DNA from: Owenia fusiformis | Lineage: Eukaryota | DNA length: 64,000 nucleotides | Assembly (NCBI GenBank): GCA_903813345.2 | Contig: CAIIXF020000001.1 | Span: forward strand, 32,240,001-32,304,000 | Direction of reading: 5' to 3' | Part shown: in pieces, positions 52,801 to 64,000 of the stretch | Position numbering within the stretch: position 1 is the first letter of the stretch | Layout: every line of letters starts with the position of its first letter | Position numbers and translations under genes: made by a program | Notes under the pieces: model-generated | Database searches by the model: none | The model's input: only the letters and a program-made list of their open reading frames with translations | What the model was told of the DNA's origin: nothing

Positions 52801-55800
52801 ACTTTCTAAGGTCTATTTACGAACTTCATGAATGTTCTCAGACGGGAAGGTGATTTTAGAATTTTGAATCAAAATTCGATGGCGACCATACCGTTCTGTA
52901 ATCAGGTCATGATGACCTTCTAGACTAAGGGACGCGTTACACGACGTTGCACACTGACGTGGTGCGACTTGAACGAACTAGCTAATTATTTAAAACATAT
53001 TTCCCGACCACAGCCAGATTGAGCCCGTTTAACGACGTTTTCGTAGGACTGGCAAGAACGGGTAAGAACTAGTTTGGTGTGATAGGGGGTAAGAGGTAAT
53101 TATTTTCCGCACAGCATTTTTTAAAAATCTTTTATTCATCTGTGTAAACATCAATAATGATGCATCGCTACACTCCTTGAATCAAAGTGGCATGTTTCTA
53201 TAGAGGTGTTGGGAAGGGACGATGACTTTGAACTGATGAATGAGCTTGGCGGTTGGTGCCATTGCGTTATCAGCACGTGCGTCCGACAGCGTTCGACCCA
53301 TTATTGCCTGGACACGTAGCACGTGTGGGTCGATGAGGTTCTTTACAGAACCTCGACATATGATTATGAATCCTCCATTAAATTCTACATTCATGTGAAA
53401 ATAGAGACCGTACCTAAAAAGGTACTGATATTGTTACGCGGAATATGGCATACATTCATGGTTGCGCGGTACTATATCTAGTATTTGTGATACGGGTGAA
53501 TATGTCATACAAGCCTGCGGTATATGGCATATTCCGCAGGTGAGTAAGCGATATTCCGCAGTGAATATGCGACACATTGATTTCAGTGAATACCCGATAC
53601 TCACCTACCAAATTTGCCATACTCACTTGCAGAATATGCCATATACCGCAGGTGAATATGACATATTCCGCAGGTGAAAACGTGATACAGAAAGCCTTGG
53701 TTTGGTTGGTTGCGAGAATCGACTCTTAGTGTAACGCTGAATTACCAATATAGTTAGTGCGTCGAGCACTAATATATGAATCCTGGATTGATTGAGTAAG
53801 TTTATTACGTGAGGTCGGTGAGTAAGACTTCTGCATACATTGATATATTCGATAAACTGTACTGTTGATTCAGTAATCATTATAATAATTTATAAAGTTT
53901 TACTTGTTCGTTCAATCGATGCAATTGACAATTGCGTACTTCCGTATCACGCTCTCATTGGTTAGTGTGTATGCCATATTCCGCGGGTGAATCTGACATA
54001 CACCGCAAATGAATATGCAATATTCGTTGCGGAATATGACATCTTTTTGTATCGTGTTTACCGCGTAACAGATATTGTCGTCAGTTTCACGGGCGGCGGG
54101 AGTGTTGGCGGGCGGGCGCGTGGAGTCTTACTTTTCTATGAAAACCACTATGGAATTACTTTAAATTTACACTCATGTTACATGGTGAGAAGTTCTAAGA
54201 CTAATTTACCTTAACGGCGGCCATCTTGCATTCTGGCGGCCATTTTGCAATTTTTAGAGAAATCTTGTCATCGCGATTCGAAAAGAACTACATGACAGAA
54301 TACTTCAACATAATGTTAGATGGTAAGAATTCTAGAGCTGATTAACTTTTGGACGGCCATTTTTCTCTCTGGGTCAACAAGCTCACACACTGCTATATTT
54401 TAGGTACAATATTGTTCACCATGAGCCTTGTTTTTCTTGATTTGAAATATAATTAAATATTCCCAGTGCCAACTACTCTAAATGAATAACAAATCTAAAT
54501 AAAAGACTTGGATGTTGTGCCACACGTGACTTCGAATCCTATGCGTCATTGCTTCCCAAGAAGGGAAGGATGAATTTAAAAGTTTTTTGGGATTAACATT
54601 TGCTGGCTCTTTTCAAAATACTTTGTCATTGGGGAAAGGCGAAAACTGCATTACTAATTAATACTTACTACTTACTGTTATCAGTATCCAAAGGAGTTAT
54701 TTTTTTAAACAAATGTTTGAAGTAAAAATACAATTACTAAGTAGGGATTTTATGACCCAGCTTGTGAGGTAAGCGAGATAAAAGATGCGATGTATCTAAT
54801 CCCAGACATCTTATTTCAAACATAAAAGTCGAGAGTGTACGTTTATTGCTTTTTGTTTTATGTAAGTCGACACGAATGTAGAAAGAAGCGAAGAATATTA
54901 TGATTGTAAATTATACTTAAAGCCATGCTCAGGATGGAGACGCTTATATTTGTAATTCATGTGGGGTTGAATGTGTATTGTATAAGAGTGTGGGTGGGAA
55001 ATAACCTGGATATATGGCAAGTAGGCCGAATATGATCTGCTAAAATTAATAAACACCTGAAATAAGAAGAGCCATTATCAAATATGCCCGAGTCGGCATT
55101 CTGGTATTATTTTATTTTATAAATCATCGATATATAATTTAATTTTAATCTCCAACCATGAATCCTCATCAGGAATATTAACCTCATTGAAAAGGGCTAA
55201 AACTCAAAATACGAAATCACACATTTCTAGCACGGCGGAGCTCCAAGAAAACACAGCATAATAGCTAACTGTCTCACCTGAAAGATGGCTTTCTCGAGAT
55301 GAGGTGACAATCCTTGAAATTTTTGTTTATCCAATATTTCTATAATCTTTTGAAGTGATTTGAATACCTACTTGCGGTTTCAATAATCTCGGAAAATTGT
55401 TTTAATATGAAGGCTGCGAAAATCTCAAATCAATCAAGCTTCACTGAATTGAATGTCACAACTGGTCGGCTTTTTGGAGCAATGTCTGCTTTTTGGACAA
55501 CATTTATTTTATGCCAAATTGAGATCTGTTGATCAGTACATAACAACACATGGAATCAAAAAGGAGAGAGATAATAGTTATTTCTTTATTTCTGAAAAAT
55601 TAAAAGATTCGAACGCTTAATCAGATAAGATGTTATTGAAGATTTAAGTTGCAGAAATGTCTAAATTCATGAGAATTGATAAAGGTGACTTAGGATTATC
55701 TTAACATTAAGTCAGAATTTGGCATAATTAGGAAATAGGCACACCTTGAAATGATGTGAACAAAAATACCGAAAAATTGCTTTTTAGGTATTATAAAGTG

Positions 55801-57485
55801 TGTGCATTTATTGTTATGTTAACAAAACGTATATTTTGTAAATTCATTCATTTTCATATTGAATGGACGTGTATTCATATAGTGTATTAATAAATTAATA
55901 AATTATGTGATCCATGTTATTACCTCGTGAAGCTCCAATCGGGGTCCATCAAATCGCTTTAAATCATGGAGTCTCAATTGTATCTGGCCTCTGTCTGGGC
56001 ACAAAGCAATGGGATTATATCCGCCTCCTACAGCTCTCACCCGCAAACCAAGAGTACGAGCTGCCTATAAAATAATTTCAGATATTTATGCGTTTTGTTT
56101 CGTACATGTAAGGTTCTTTCTGTAACTATAGCTGGGACTGTTTGACTTAAATGGTAAAAATGCCCCCTGTTCATGATAGAACTATTTAAAACTGACTCAT
56201 AATGAAATATTTTTTTGCAGTGGTCTAGGCATATTGAAACAAAATGATATGAAACGACCCTTTTAGCTCACATAGGTGTGCTACTGTAATCGACCACTAG
56301 CTTTTCCACTTAAGTTTGCTAAATGATGATGATGTCCAGTTTGGAAAATATATTTTATTTCTTCGATTTTTGCCAGATAAATGAAAATATCTAAGCTCGC
56401 GAATGCAACTATCGGCTATCGACTACCGGCTTTATGACCAACTCATTTAAATTTGAATGGAATAGTGGCAGGTACTATTCATATTTACCTTTCTGCGATC
56501 GGAATTTGATCAAATGCAAACTTTGTGACACCGGTGCCACGTTCACGACCTTGATGTTTTTGCAAAACATGTGAAACAAATAAACAAAAACAAAACGTGA
56601 AATTTTGCCCTCGTATTCTCACAAGATTGTCCTTGAACAAACAAAAATCAAAATGAGGTGTGTCGAACTATTTTGTCATGGGGAGTATGAGCAGTATTTT
56701 ATAGTTATACATACACTCTACTATACCTTGCATTTGGTGTTCATGAGCAAACCATTTGCCTTATTAGTATAATTATCTTATTTGTTTTTATTTGTCTGTT
56801 CCTTATTAATGGTTTATCGGATGACGTTAGATGTTAATAAGGTACTTTCAAAAATATACTAAACAATACAATTACACAAACAGAGTTTCTTCTGCATTTC
56901 TAGGGGTTAGGTAGTAGTGTGACATAGGATAAAAAGCTAATATACAGTTAATAAGATTGACCATATTATCTTGGTATTCAGTTCATTGAGACCATATAAA
57001 TATATTTGTATCCCTCCAAATCATAGGTGTCTTTCTAAAGCCACATTTATCAAAACAATTCATTTCTATTTAGAAGGTTACCTTTGGTAAGTTTAGTTTC
57101 TATTTCATTAAGAGTCATAGAGAAGGATGTATAAAGCGTTTAGGTGTCTCTTTCACAAACGTATAAGTTGTGTGAATATCACTAAACGAAATCAGTAGTA
57201 ATTGTATAATTCTGGTATTAGCAAATTTTAAAAATCTAAGTGTGACATTTTACCTAAAAGATTAAGGAGTAATGTGTATGAATGGAGATTTGCTCACATA
57301 CAGTAAACCTGTTAACTTATACTGTTTATAGTATTTACCTTGAGGACATTTCTAATCTCCTCCAAGTTTTGTACATCAACCTGAAATATATTTTCACTGT
57401 ATGTCTGTGTCTTGTTTGTATATTCCACTAGAAACACACGGGGAGACGGTCCTAGTTCATCCTGAAGCCTAGCCTCGTCCACCAT
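43847..57485 (-). CDS. FAD-linked oxidase of the L-gulonolactone / D-arabinono-1,4-lactone oxidase (FAD_binding_4 + ALO) type, divergent, about 494 aa
   Basis: Exons (plus coordinates) 57339-57485, 55924-56064, 49108-49263, 48075-48194, 45539-45757, 44173-44760, 43847-43960, all GT-AG and in frame. Motifs LEEIRNVLKAA..LRVRAVGGGY, TVASGV, NLGLSGLIYDITF, EIYWFPYN, YPINLMIQVQF, ARPCW, FKTARKELEIDRHNLFMN. Confidence 0.82.
44828..45260. mobile_element. Foldback MITE
   Basis: tgcagggtacccggggcacattcttttctcct is mirrored by ggagaaaagaatgtgtcccgggtaccctgca. Confidence 0.6.
48240..48838. mobile_element. Transib-like MITE with 5-bp TSD
   Basis: CTATT|cactggggatcaactggaa...ttccagttgatcccggtg|CTATT. 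Confidence 0.65.
50011..51063. mobile_element. TG...CA element with 5-bp TSD, carrying a nested ~440-bp MITE
   Basis: GAAAT|tgttacgcgg...ccgcgtaaca|GAAAT. Confidence 0.75.
51432..53090. mobile_element. Rearranged non-autonomous DNA transposon copies (TIR ctatcacaccaaactagtt)
   Basis: Left ends at about 51432 and 51826, right ends at about 52635 and 53090, with long internal duplications. Confidence 0.65.
53432..54070. mobile_element. Second copy, inverted, of the TG...CA element
   Basis: GATAT|tgttacgcgg...ccgcgtaaca|GATAT. The body is the reverse complement of 50011-51063 without the nested insert. Confidence 0.75.
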
Positions 57486-59154
57486 GATTAGAATCTCATA
57501 TGTTTTTGTTGTTTACGTTCTTATAAGTATGTATACAATATATAAAGGTAGTGCTGTGTCTGATTGCAGATGGTAAATAGTTAGTGCAACCCAATTTTAA
57601 TGCATTTATTCATCGTTCACCTAATTAAAATGCAGGATTACAACTTAAAGTGGTGTGTACACACAAGTCGTAGATAATCCAGTATCGCACTTTCGTTTGT
57701 TTTTATCGCTGTTTATTTCCAACGTTATGTTTAAAAAATATTGAGGAGTGATTTTTATAGCTTTTATGTCATTGTCGAGATGATTTATGAAAGTGCCATT
57801 CTGCTACGTGAGCATACTTCTCATTTGGGCACTGTGTTTTTTATTTACAATTTATGATATCCGTCGAAGTTTACAGGCGTTTCAAACAGAGATTTTGCAA
57901 TATAATAGTGGTATTTTATTCATTCATTTTTTTATATTATTCATTTATTTTATTAAAGTGTCACCTATTGTACAAAATAGCCAACCCAAACTGGGCTTAT
58001 GAGACACATTAAACATTTAATTATTAATCTTATATATGTGATTCTTTCTTATATTAAAAATACAGTTCAAATAGTTTGCAAATTTTTTAACAATACTCTT
58101 GGTTTTAAATATATTTATAAATGAATCAATACACACTGTGGCCGAAGAATAGTAAAAAATCCACCTGTCATATATTTTGTTCCAAACGTGTACAGTAGAC
58201 TCAAATTTCTCCCTCCGGCTAAAAGTCAGTCCAGTGTCTTTTTCCAGAGATCTACCAAGCCTGCTGCAGTTTTCGCTACGTTCAGTATTCGCACTTACAT
58301 TCTTAAAATTTAGAGAGATCTCGAGAGAACATTTACCAGTTTCAAAACAGAAAGAGCTGATGCATGTTTTCCTCGGGCAAGCTAGCTGAGTCACGAAATA
58401 AAACATTAAAATTACGTGCTTGGGTCAGGCAATACACGAAATAAAAATTGCTGCGATATAACACTTTAAATCACAAATGTAATACCGTGTGGTATAAGCG
58501 GTATACCGTATTACGCATGGGATCGGCTAATTTTAACTTTAAAATTACCTATTACATAGGATAACTTTACATGACACAGGTGAGAAAAGATATTTCATCT
58601 ATGGCGATTCTCTCCGATCAAGAAGCCACATTTCAAAGAAAATTAATTTTTCAAAGTTGATGAATAATTTTTTATGCCACATTTGTAATTTTGTGTAGAC
58701 TTCAACTATGATATCACTTTGACTAAATTTTGAATATTTAATGACGTAAATCAAGATTATGTCAACTTGCAATGCATCTCGTTCTTTGTTTTACCAAATA
58801 TGAATTTCAAGGTATTATCTCTCATGCATCACATGATGCGACAAGAACTTCAAAGCAATGTGTAATTAGTCTATTCATATTAATTAAAAGTAAGATATCT
58901 CTTAATGAAGAATATTACAACAAGACAAATCCTTTGACAAAGGCTGCTAAGTCTTTGATGTTATCTCTCATCAAATGATGAAGTGATGCACATTTATAGC
59001 TTTGCCACGGGGAAGTCCAATACAAGCATCACCTTATATAGGTTGACTGTCCTTTGTCGTTTCGTAGCATTAACCATGTTAACATTAACCTTTTCTAAGA
59101 CGGTGGAAATTCATCGTAGCTGGCTATTTGAACTTGCTCTTCATTTTTGGTACG

Positions 59155-59640
59155 AGTTTGACCAATTCTTTTTTCAAATCATGTACAAGTTATCAGAAGT
59201 TCAAATCTGACTTTAGATTTGAGAATGAGATTCGACCTTCATTGATCTTCTCAAGGTCAAAAAGGTATTTTTTCAACTTGTTTCAAATCGACCAATTCTT
59301 TTTTTCAAAATCATCTAGAAGTTCTCAAAAGTTCAAATCTGACCATAGATTTGACCTTCAATGACATATTCAAGGTCAAAAAATATTTGACCTTTTCAAG
59401 GTCAAAAAGGTATTTTTTCAACTTGCTTCTAATTGATCAATTCCTTTTTTCAAAGTCATCTACAAGTTCTCAGAAGTTCAAATCTGACTTTAGATTTGAG
59501 ATCAACTTACTTCAAATTGACCAATTTTTATTTTTAAAATTATCTACAAGTTCTCAATATTTCAAATCTGACTTAAGATTGAACTAATAATATTGTGAGC
59601 AACTAGGTGGCGACATTTCGTCATGTTAATGCCTTGTTTT
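59155..59640 (+). repeat. Dispersed ~120-bp subrepeat array, HINE-like (relatives at about 47240-47490 and 49390-49980)
   Basis: Shared caaattgaccaattc..ttcaaaatcatctacaagttctcagaagttcaaatctgact units. Confidence 0.65.
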
Positions 59641-60205
59641 CGTCTCTCTTTCGTTCTCTATCGGAAAATGACATGGAATATGTGGTTTTTAACTTTAACG
59701 CATTTCAATACCGATCCCCTTTCAGAAATTGTTTATATAGTGTAGAAGAGACTTTTGATATGTTTAAATTGAGAAAAACAAGATCCTCTTTTTAGAAAAT
59801 AAGCCCTTATCCATAATTTTTCAGATAATTGGATTGATATTTACTATCATGGGGGCTTCACTTGAAAGAAAACATATTGTTTTAACAAAAACCACTGTAT
59901 TTATAGCCAGAAAGTACTCATGGTGAAATATATGACTGTCTAAAATCACTTGCCATACTGCACACGGACTTTTACGATAATTGATATTTCTAAAATCAAT
60001 TGTTCTACTAAAGCCTGCGTCGTGTGTGTTGATATCAACGACATTTAACGTGTGCTATTTTGATGTCATCACAACTGGTTATCATAATCATAGAATGTAT
60101 ACTGAAAATATTATCATTTCTCAAAACAGCTAAAACTATGATTTTTTGTCAAAAAACAAAGTTTTGTTTTGTTTGTGATGATACAAACCCGGATTACAGC
60201 ACATA

Positions 60206-61290
60206 CGAGGGGTGATCAATAAGTAATGGACGCTTTTTTACACAGATACTTTTTATGGACCGATCCGTTTGATATTCCTACCAGTGATACATCATTCAAT
60301 TATCTATCAACTCTTAAGATTTGAAGACAGAATATATAATACATGTTGATATATCCTTATTTCCGTGAAGGAGGTACAGGTACCCCGGGACCGACATTTA
60401 TGTCACATATTCAGTTTTTAGCCAGTTTGGCATTTCAGTTATATCTAAACGTTTTTATATGCAACAAGTGTTGTGTTGTTTGAAATATTTTGCTGACTGG
60501 TAACACACAAACAGTAAGTAATGTGATGTGTGAGTGTTGTATGGTCGGGGTTTGCAGGAATTTGAGGAAGCATTGTGGAAGAAGGAGTTGGTGAGAGAAG
60601 GGAACACTCTACTTCATATGGACAATGCACCTGCCCACAGATCTCAAAATGTTACGAAAAAAATATCCCTGGACCTCAAAATTGAGCCCTTTGCCAATGC
60701 ACCATATTGTCCAGATCTGCCCACATGTGACTTACTTATTCTTATAGTACTTATTTCTATAAAGAAGGGACGCAGGTTTATTGACATTGATGAAATAAAA
60801 CAACCCGTGCAACTGCATCTTGCTACCATGTCAGAGATTGGATTCAGCCTTGTCTCACAATCTTGAATTAAGAGGATGAGGAATTGTGTACATATAGCAC
60901 TTGATGGAACCTATGTAGAGGGCCCTGTAGAATGAATGTGGCATGAATATCACAAAGTGATGATAAAATATTCAAAATCAACTATGGCATAACAAAATGG
61001 GGCAATTCTTGACCATAATGGTTTGTTTTATTCAGCCTGCGTTCAACTGCGTTGCATGTTATTCAAGCTAAAATAGCTTAAGAATGTTTGACGTCATGTC
61101 GGTCCTGGGGTAGCTATACTACCTCCTTCACGGAAATAAAGATATAGCAAAATATATTACATGTCTTGTTTTCAAATCTTCAGAGTTGATAGATAATTGA
61201 ACGATGTATCACTGGTAAGAAAATCGAATGTATTGGTCCATAAAAAGTATCTGTGTTAAAAAGCGTCCATTACTTATCGATCACCCCTCG
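60206..61290 (+). mobile_element. Internally deleted mariner element with a transposase remnant
   Basis: TA|cgaggggtgatcaataagtaatggacgc...gcgtccattacttatcgatcacccctcg|TA with long TIRs. ORF 60534-60866 has LHMDNAPAH and PYCPDLPTCD, resembling the DD34D motifs HDNA and YSPDLAP.D. Confidence 0.88.
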
Positions 61291-61606
61291 TACAGAGCAT
61301 CGATTGCGCTGATATTTTTCAAACTACAAAAACATGTTTGACATCAGGGCGATGTTAGATGTGTGTTGCCCATGCAATGAAATACATTTTCTATGCATAT
61401 ACCATTTGTCTAATATTTTCTATCCTCCAACACACTGGTTAAATCAACATTGCTGATGCATCATTTGTTTAAGATCAGACAAACATTGTTAAATATTGTT
61501 AAACATTGTGGTGGATTTAGGTTTGCAGTCCAATATTTTGTATCCCCAAACATTAAGATTTCATCAATGAACAATTATTTCCAGAAATGAGACTAACACT
61601 ATAAGT

Positions 61607-62370
61607 TATTCAATGATTCGAGTGAAATACAGAAAATATTCTTCCCGAGAAGGTTGTATTTCACGATGCACTAGCAGAGTGAAATACAGACGTTCAAGGG
61701 AAGAATATTTTCTGTATTTCACGAGAAATCATTGAATAACGTTTTTATTCCATGATTACCCATATAAAACTTGCCTAAATCAAGTCCCTTGGCTTGGGGC
61801 CGGAGAAACAGATCAACCTTCTCACCTCAGAGATATTTTACATCGATATTCCTTCAAAATCTCTATGGCCTTGTTGTTTGCCTTGTATTGTATTATACGA
61901 GACATTTGATTTTCTTTTTTTTCTTCAATTTCATCAGCTGGAAGTGCAGTGTAGCGAAACGTTTTTTCGACTTTCGTCTGCCATATTGGATTTTAAATTT
62001 TTTACTAGTTCATGAAAACAATGTGCATGCTTCATTTTGATCTTTTTATATTCACAGATGTGTGTTTTTTTATCCTAAAATTATAAATTGTGATGATCAC
62101 CGTATCATTTCCTGATATTCAAATCAGATATTTCTAGCAAAATGCAAATATTAGCATGCGTTGGTGTAAACTGATCACCATTGATTTTTTTCAGTAATAG
62201 TCATATCCTGGATGGAAATCTGGGGCGTTGGGATACTAGACTGTATCCCAACGCTGACGTCTTTTTCACTCTGTATCCAACGCTTAGTGGAATGTGCGTG
62301 TAAATACAGGATATATTTAAGTCACGTGCACCAATCAGATTGCAGGGAATTTCACCATCATGTAATAAAA
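61607..62370. mobile_element. Unclassified element with a terminal ~130-bp hairpin and short inverted ends
   Basis: Palindrome ttattcaatgatt...aatcattgaataa (61607-61739), then tttattccatgat...atcatgtaataaa. Confidence 0.5.
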
Positions 62371-63219
62371 TGTAGTATTTAGATGATTGTTATATAAATT
62401 CTCAATTATATCTAATTTGTTAGTAAATTGAATATGTTGAGCATCTGTAGGAGGATACAAAACATATGGACATTATAAAACGTTTTAAATGAGTATGCAT
62501 ATCAAACAACCCCTTTTGAAAGCTGGTCGGAAACATATTTTATTAACCAGTTAGAAATTATCGATGAACTTGATGCATAATTTGTAATGGCCCGAGTTTC
62601 GAAAGCAAAGTTTGATTTTTTTGTCAAAATATCGATCACCATTAAAGCAGTTTTTAAGAAATGATAACCAATATTTTCAAAATGTGGCGCATGGTCATGG
62701 TAAACAGTTGTGTTGACATCAAGATAGCACATATTTGATATTGTTAATATGAACACAAATGGCGCAGAATGTGGTAGAATAGCAGAAATTATTGAATTAA
62801 AAAAATATCAATTATCGTAAATCTGCCGACATAAGATGTTACATGATGGACAATATGAATATGATATCAGATCTAAAAGCTTCGCAATAATATTAATTTG
62901 TCTTTTATTTCATCTACAATATATCAGTGCGGTCATTTTACTTATGACATTTGATTATACGTCGTCGCATGAGAATAGCTTTGTACTATCTCACATTTTT
63001 CCGAAACTGAGAAATCAAGGGTTGAGAGTTTAGAGGTCTGTATTTTACTATGTATTGCTATGTGGAACTTGATTTTTTGTATGTCACTTAGTCTCATCCT
63101 AGAGATATCTTATATGAAATATCATACTATAAGAAGATATGTAAGATCCCTTTTTAAAACATTGGAAATAGAGATGGTACAATTTCCCACTAAAAGAAGG
63201 AGGGAAATTAGCGCATAAT

Positions 63220-63875
63220 GTCATAATGTTGGATTTAGGCCATTTTCTGAGGATTTAAACGGGTGCATATGTTAGGCCAATGCATTACCTCGAGGAAAGG
63301 CACTTCTAGAGATGATAAAATGATTTCGACTTCTGACAGGGTAGATGCAAACAACCCACCCACATGTTTTTTCTGAAATGTTTTCCTGATTTTCAACCCC
63401 TTCCATCCCTGCTTTTTTAATTTTTCTTGCATCAATATGTTGCGTTTTGACACACAGTTAACCCCTTTAAAGGAATAAGTGACTCCTTTTAGATAAAGTG
63501 GAAACCAATATTTCCCATGTTATTTTCCCATAGGGAAAACTCATGCGATCCATTGCTTTCAGCTAATTTTGGTCACCCATAATGGATATCTTTAAAACCC
63601 CCGAAGGAATCATTTATTTCTTTAAAGTGGTTAACTGTGTGTCAAAACTCAACATACATATCAATACAACAAAAATTGAAAAAGCAGGGGTGAAAGGGGT
63701 TGAAAATCAGAACAACATTTCAGAAAAACATGTGGGTGGGTTGTTTGCACCTCCACTGTCTCGAAGTCGAAATTATTTTATCATCTCTATGAGTGCTTTT
63801 CCTGGAGGTAATGCATTGATCTACCATATGCACCTGTTTAAATCCTCAGAGAATAGCCACAATCCAACATATGAC
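63220..63875. mobile_element. Foldback element with ~260-bp inverted arms
   Basis: 63220-63480 is mirrored by about 63610-63875. Confidence 0.7.
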
Positions 63876-64000
63876 CGGGGGGGGGGGGGGGGGGGAGATT
63901 TCCCAAAGTTGACCTTTCATACAGGCACGTTCGAAAACAAATTTTATGAACAGGTCTCATTTGCCATTGAAATGGATCTCCGAATGATAGCTGTAGATTT

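Noticed and set aside
50011..54070. Single composite transposon bounded by the two inverted TG...CA copies
   Set aside because: Each copy has its own TSD (GAAAT, GATAT), so they are separate insertions.
60534..60866. Active mariner transposase
   Set aside because: Only a degenerate C-terminal fragment; no DNA-binding domain or first catalytic Asp.
63876..63896. Poly-G run as a G-quadruplex element
   Set aside because: Isolated homopolymer at a repeat edge; may be a sequencing artefact.

Overview
AT-rich, intron-rich animal genomic DNA. The repeat landscape suggests a lophotrochozoan/mollusc-like invertebrate (inference). Four spliced genes were reconstructed by hand from GT-AG boundaries and reading frame: (1) TTC21B/IFT139, + strand, 5' part outside the window, 23 visible constitutive exons ending at 17287; (2) a clan-2-like cytochrome P450, - strand, 6 coding exons, about 503 aa; (3) CDK5RAP3/C53, + strand, 16 coding exons, about 507 aa, divergent from the P450; (4) a 7-exon, about 494-aa GULO/ALO-like FAD-linked oxidase, - strand, with its hallmark catalytic residues replaced. 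Introns hold many non-autonomous DNA elements (Helentron/HINE-like, mariner, Transib-, MULE- and piggyBac-like), a truncated LINE and minisatellites. The most unusual observations are the degenerate GULO-like protein, a candidate 120-aa Pro-rich in-frame exon in TTC21B, two tandem arrays built from amplified exon/intron junctions, and an inverted-repeat divergent promoter region with mirrored splice donors around an E-box cluster. Protein comparisons are from recalled sequences, not database searches.
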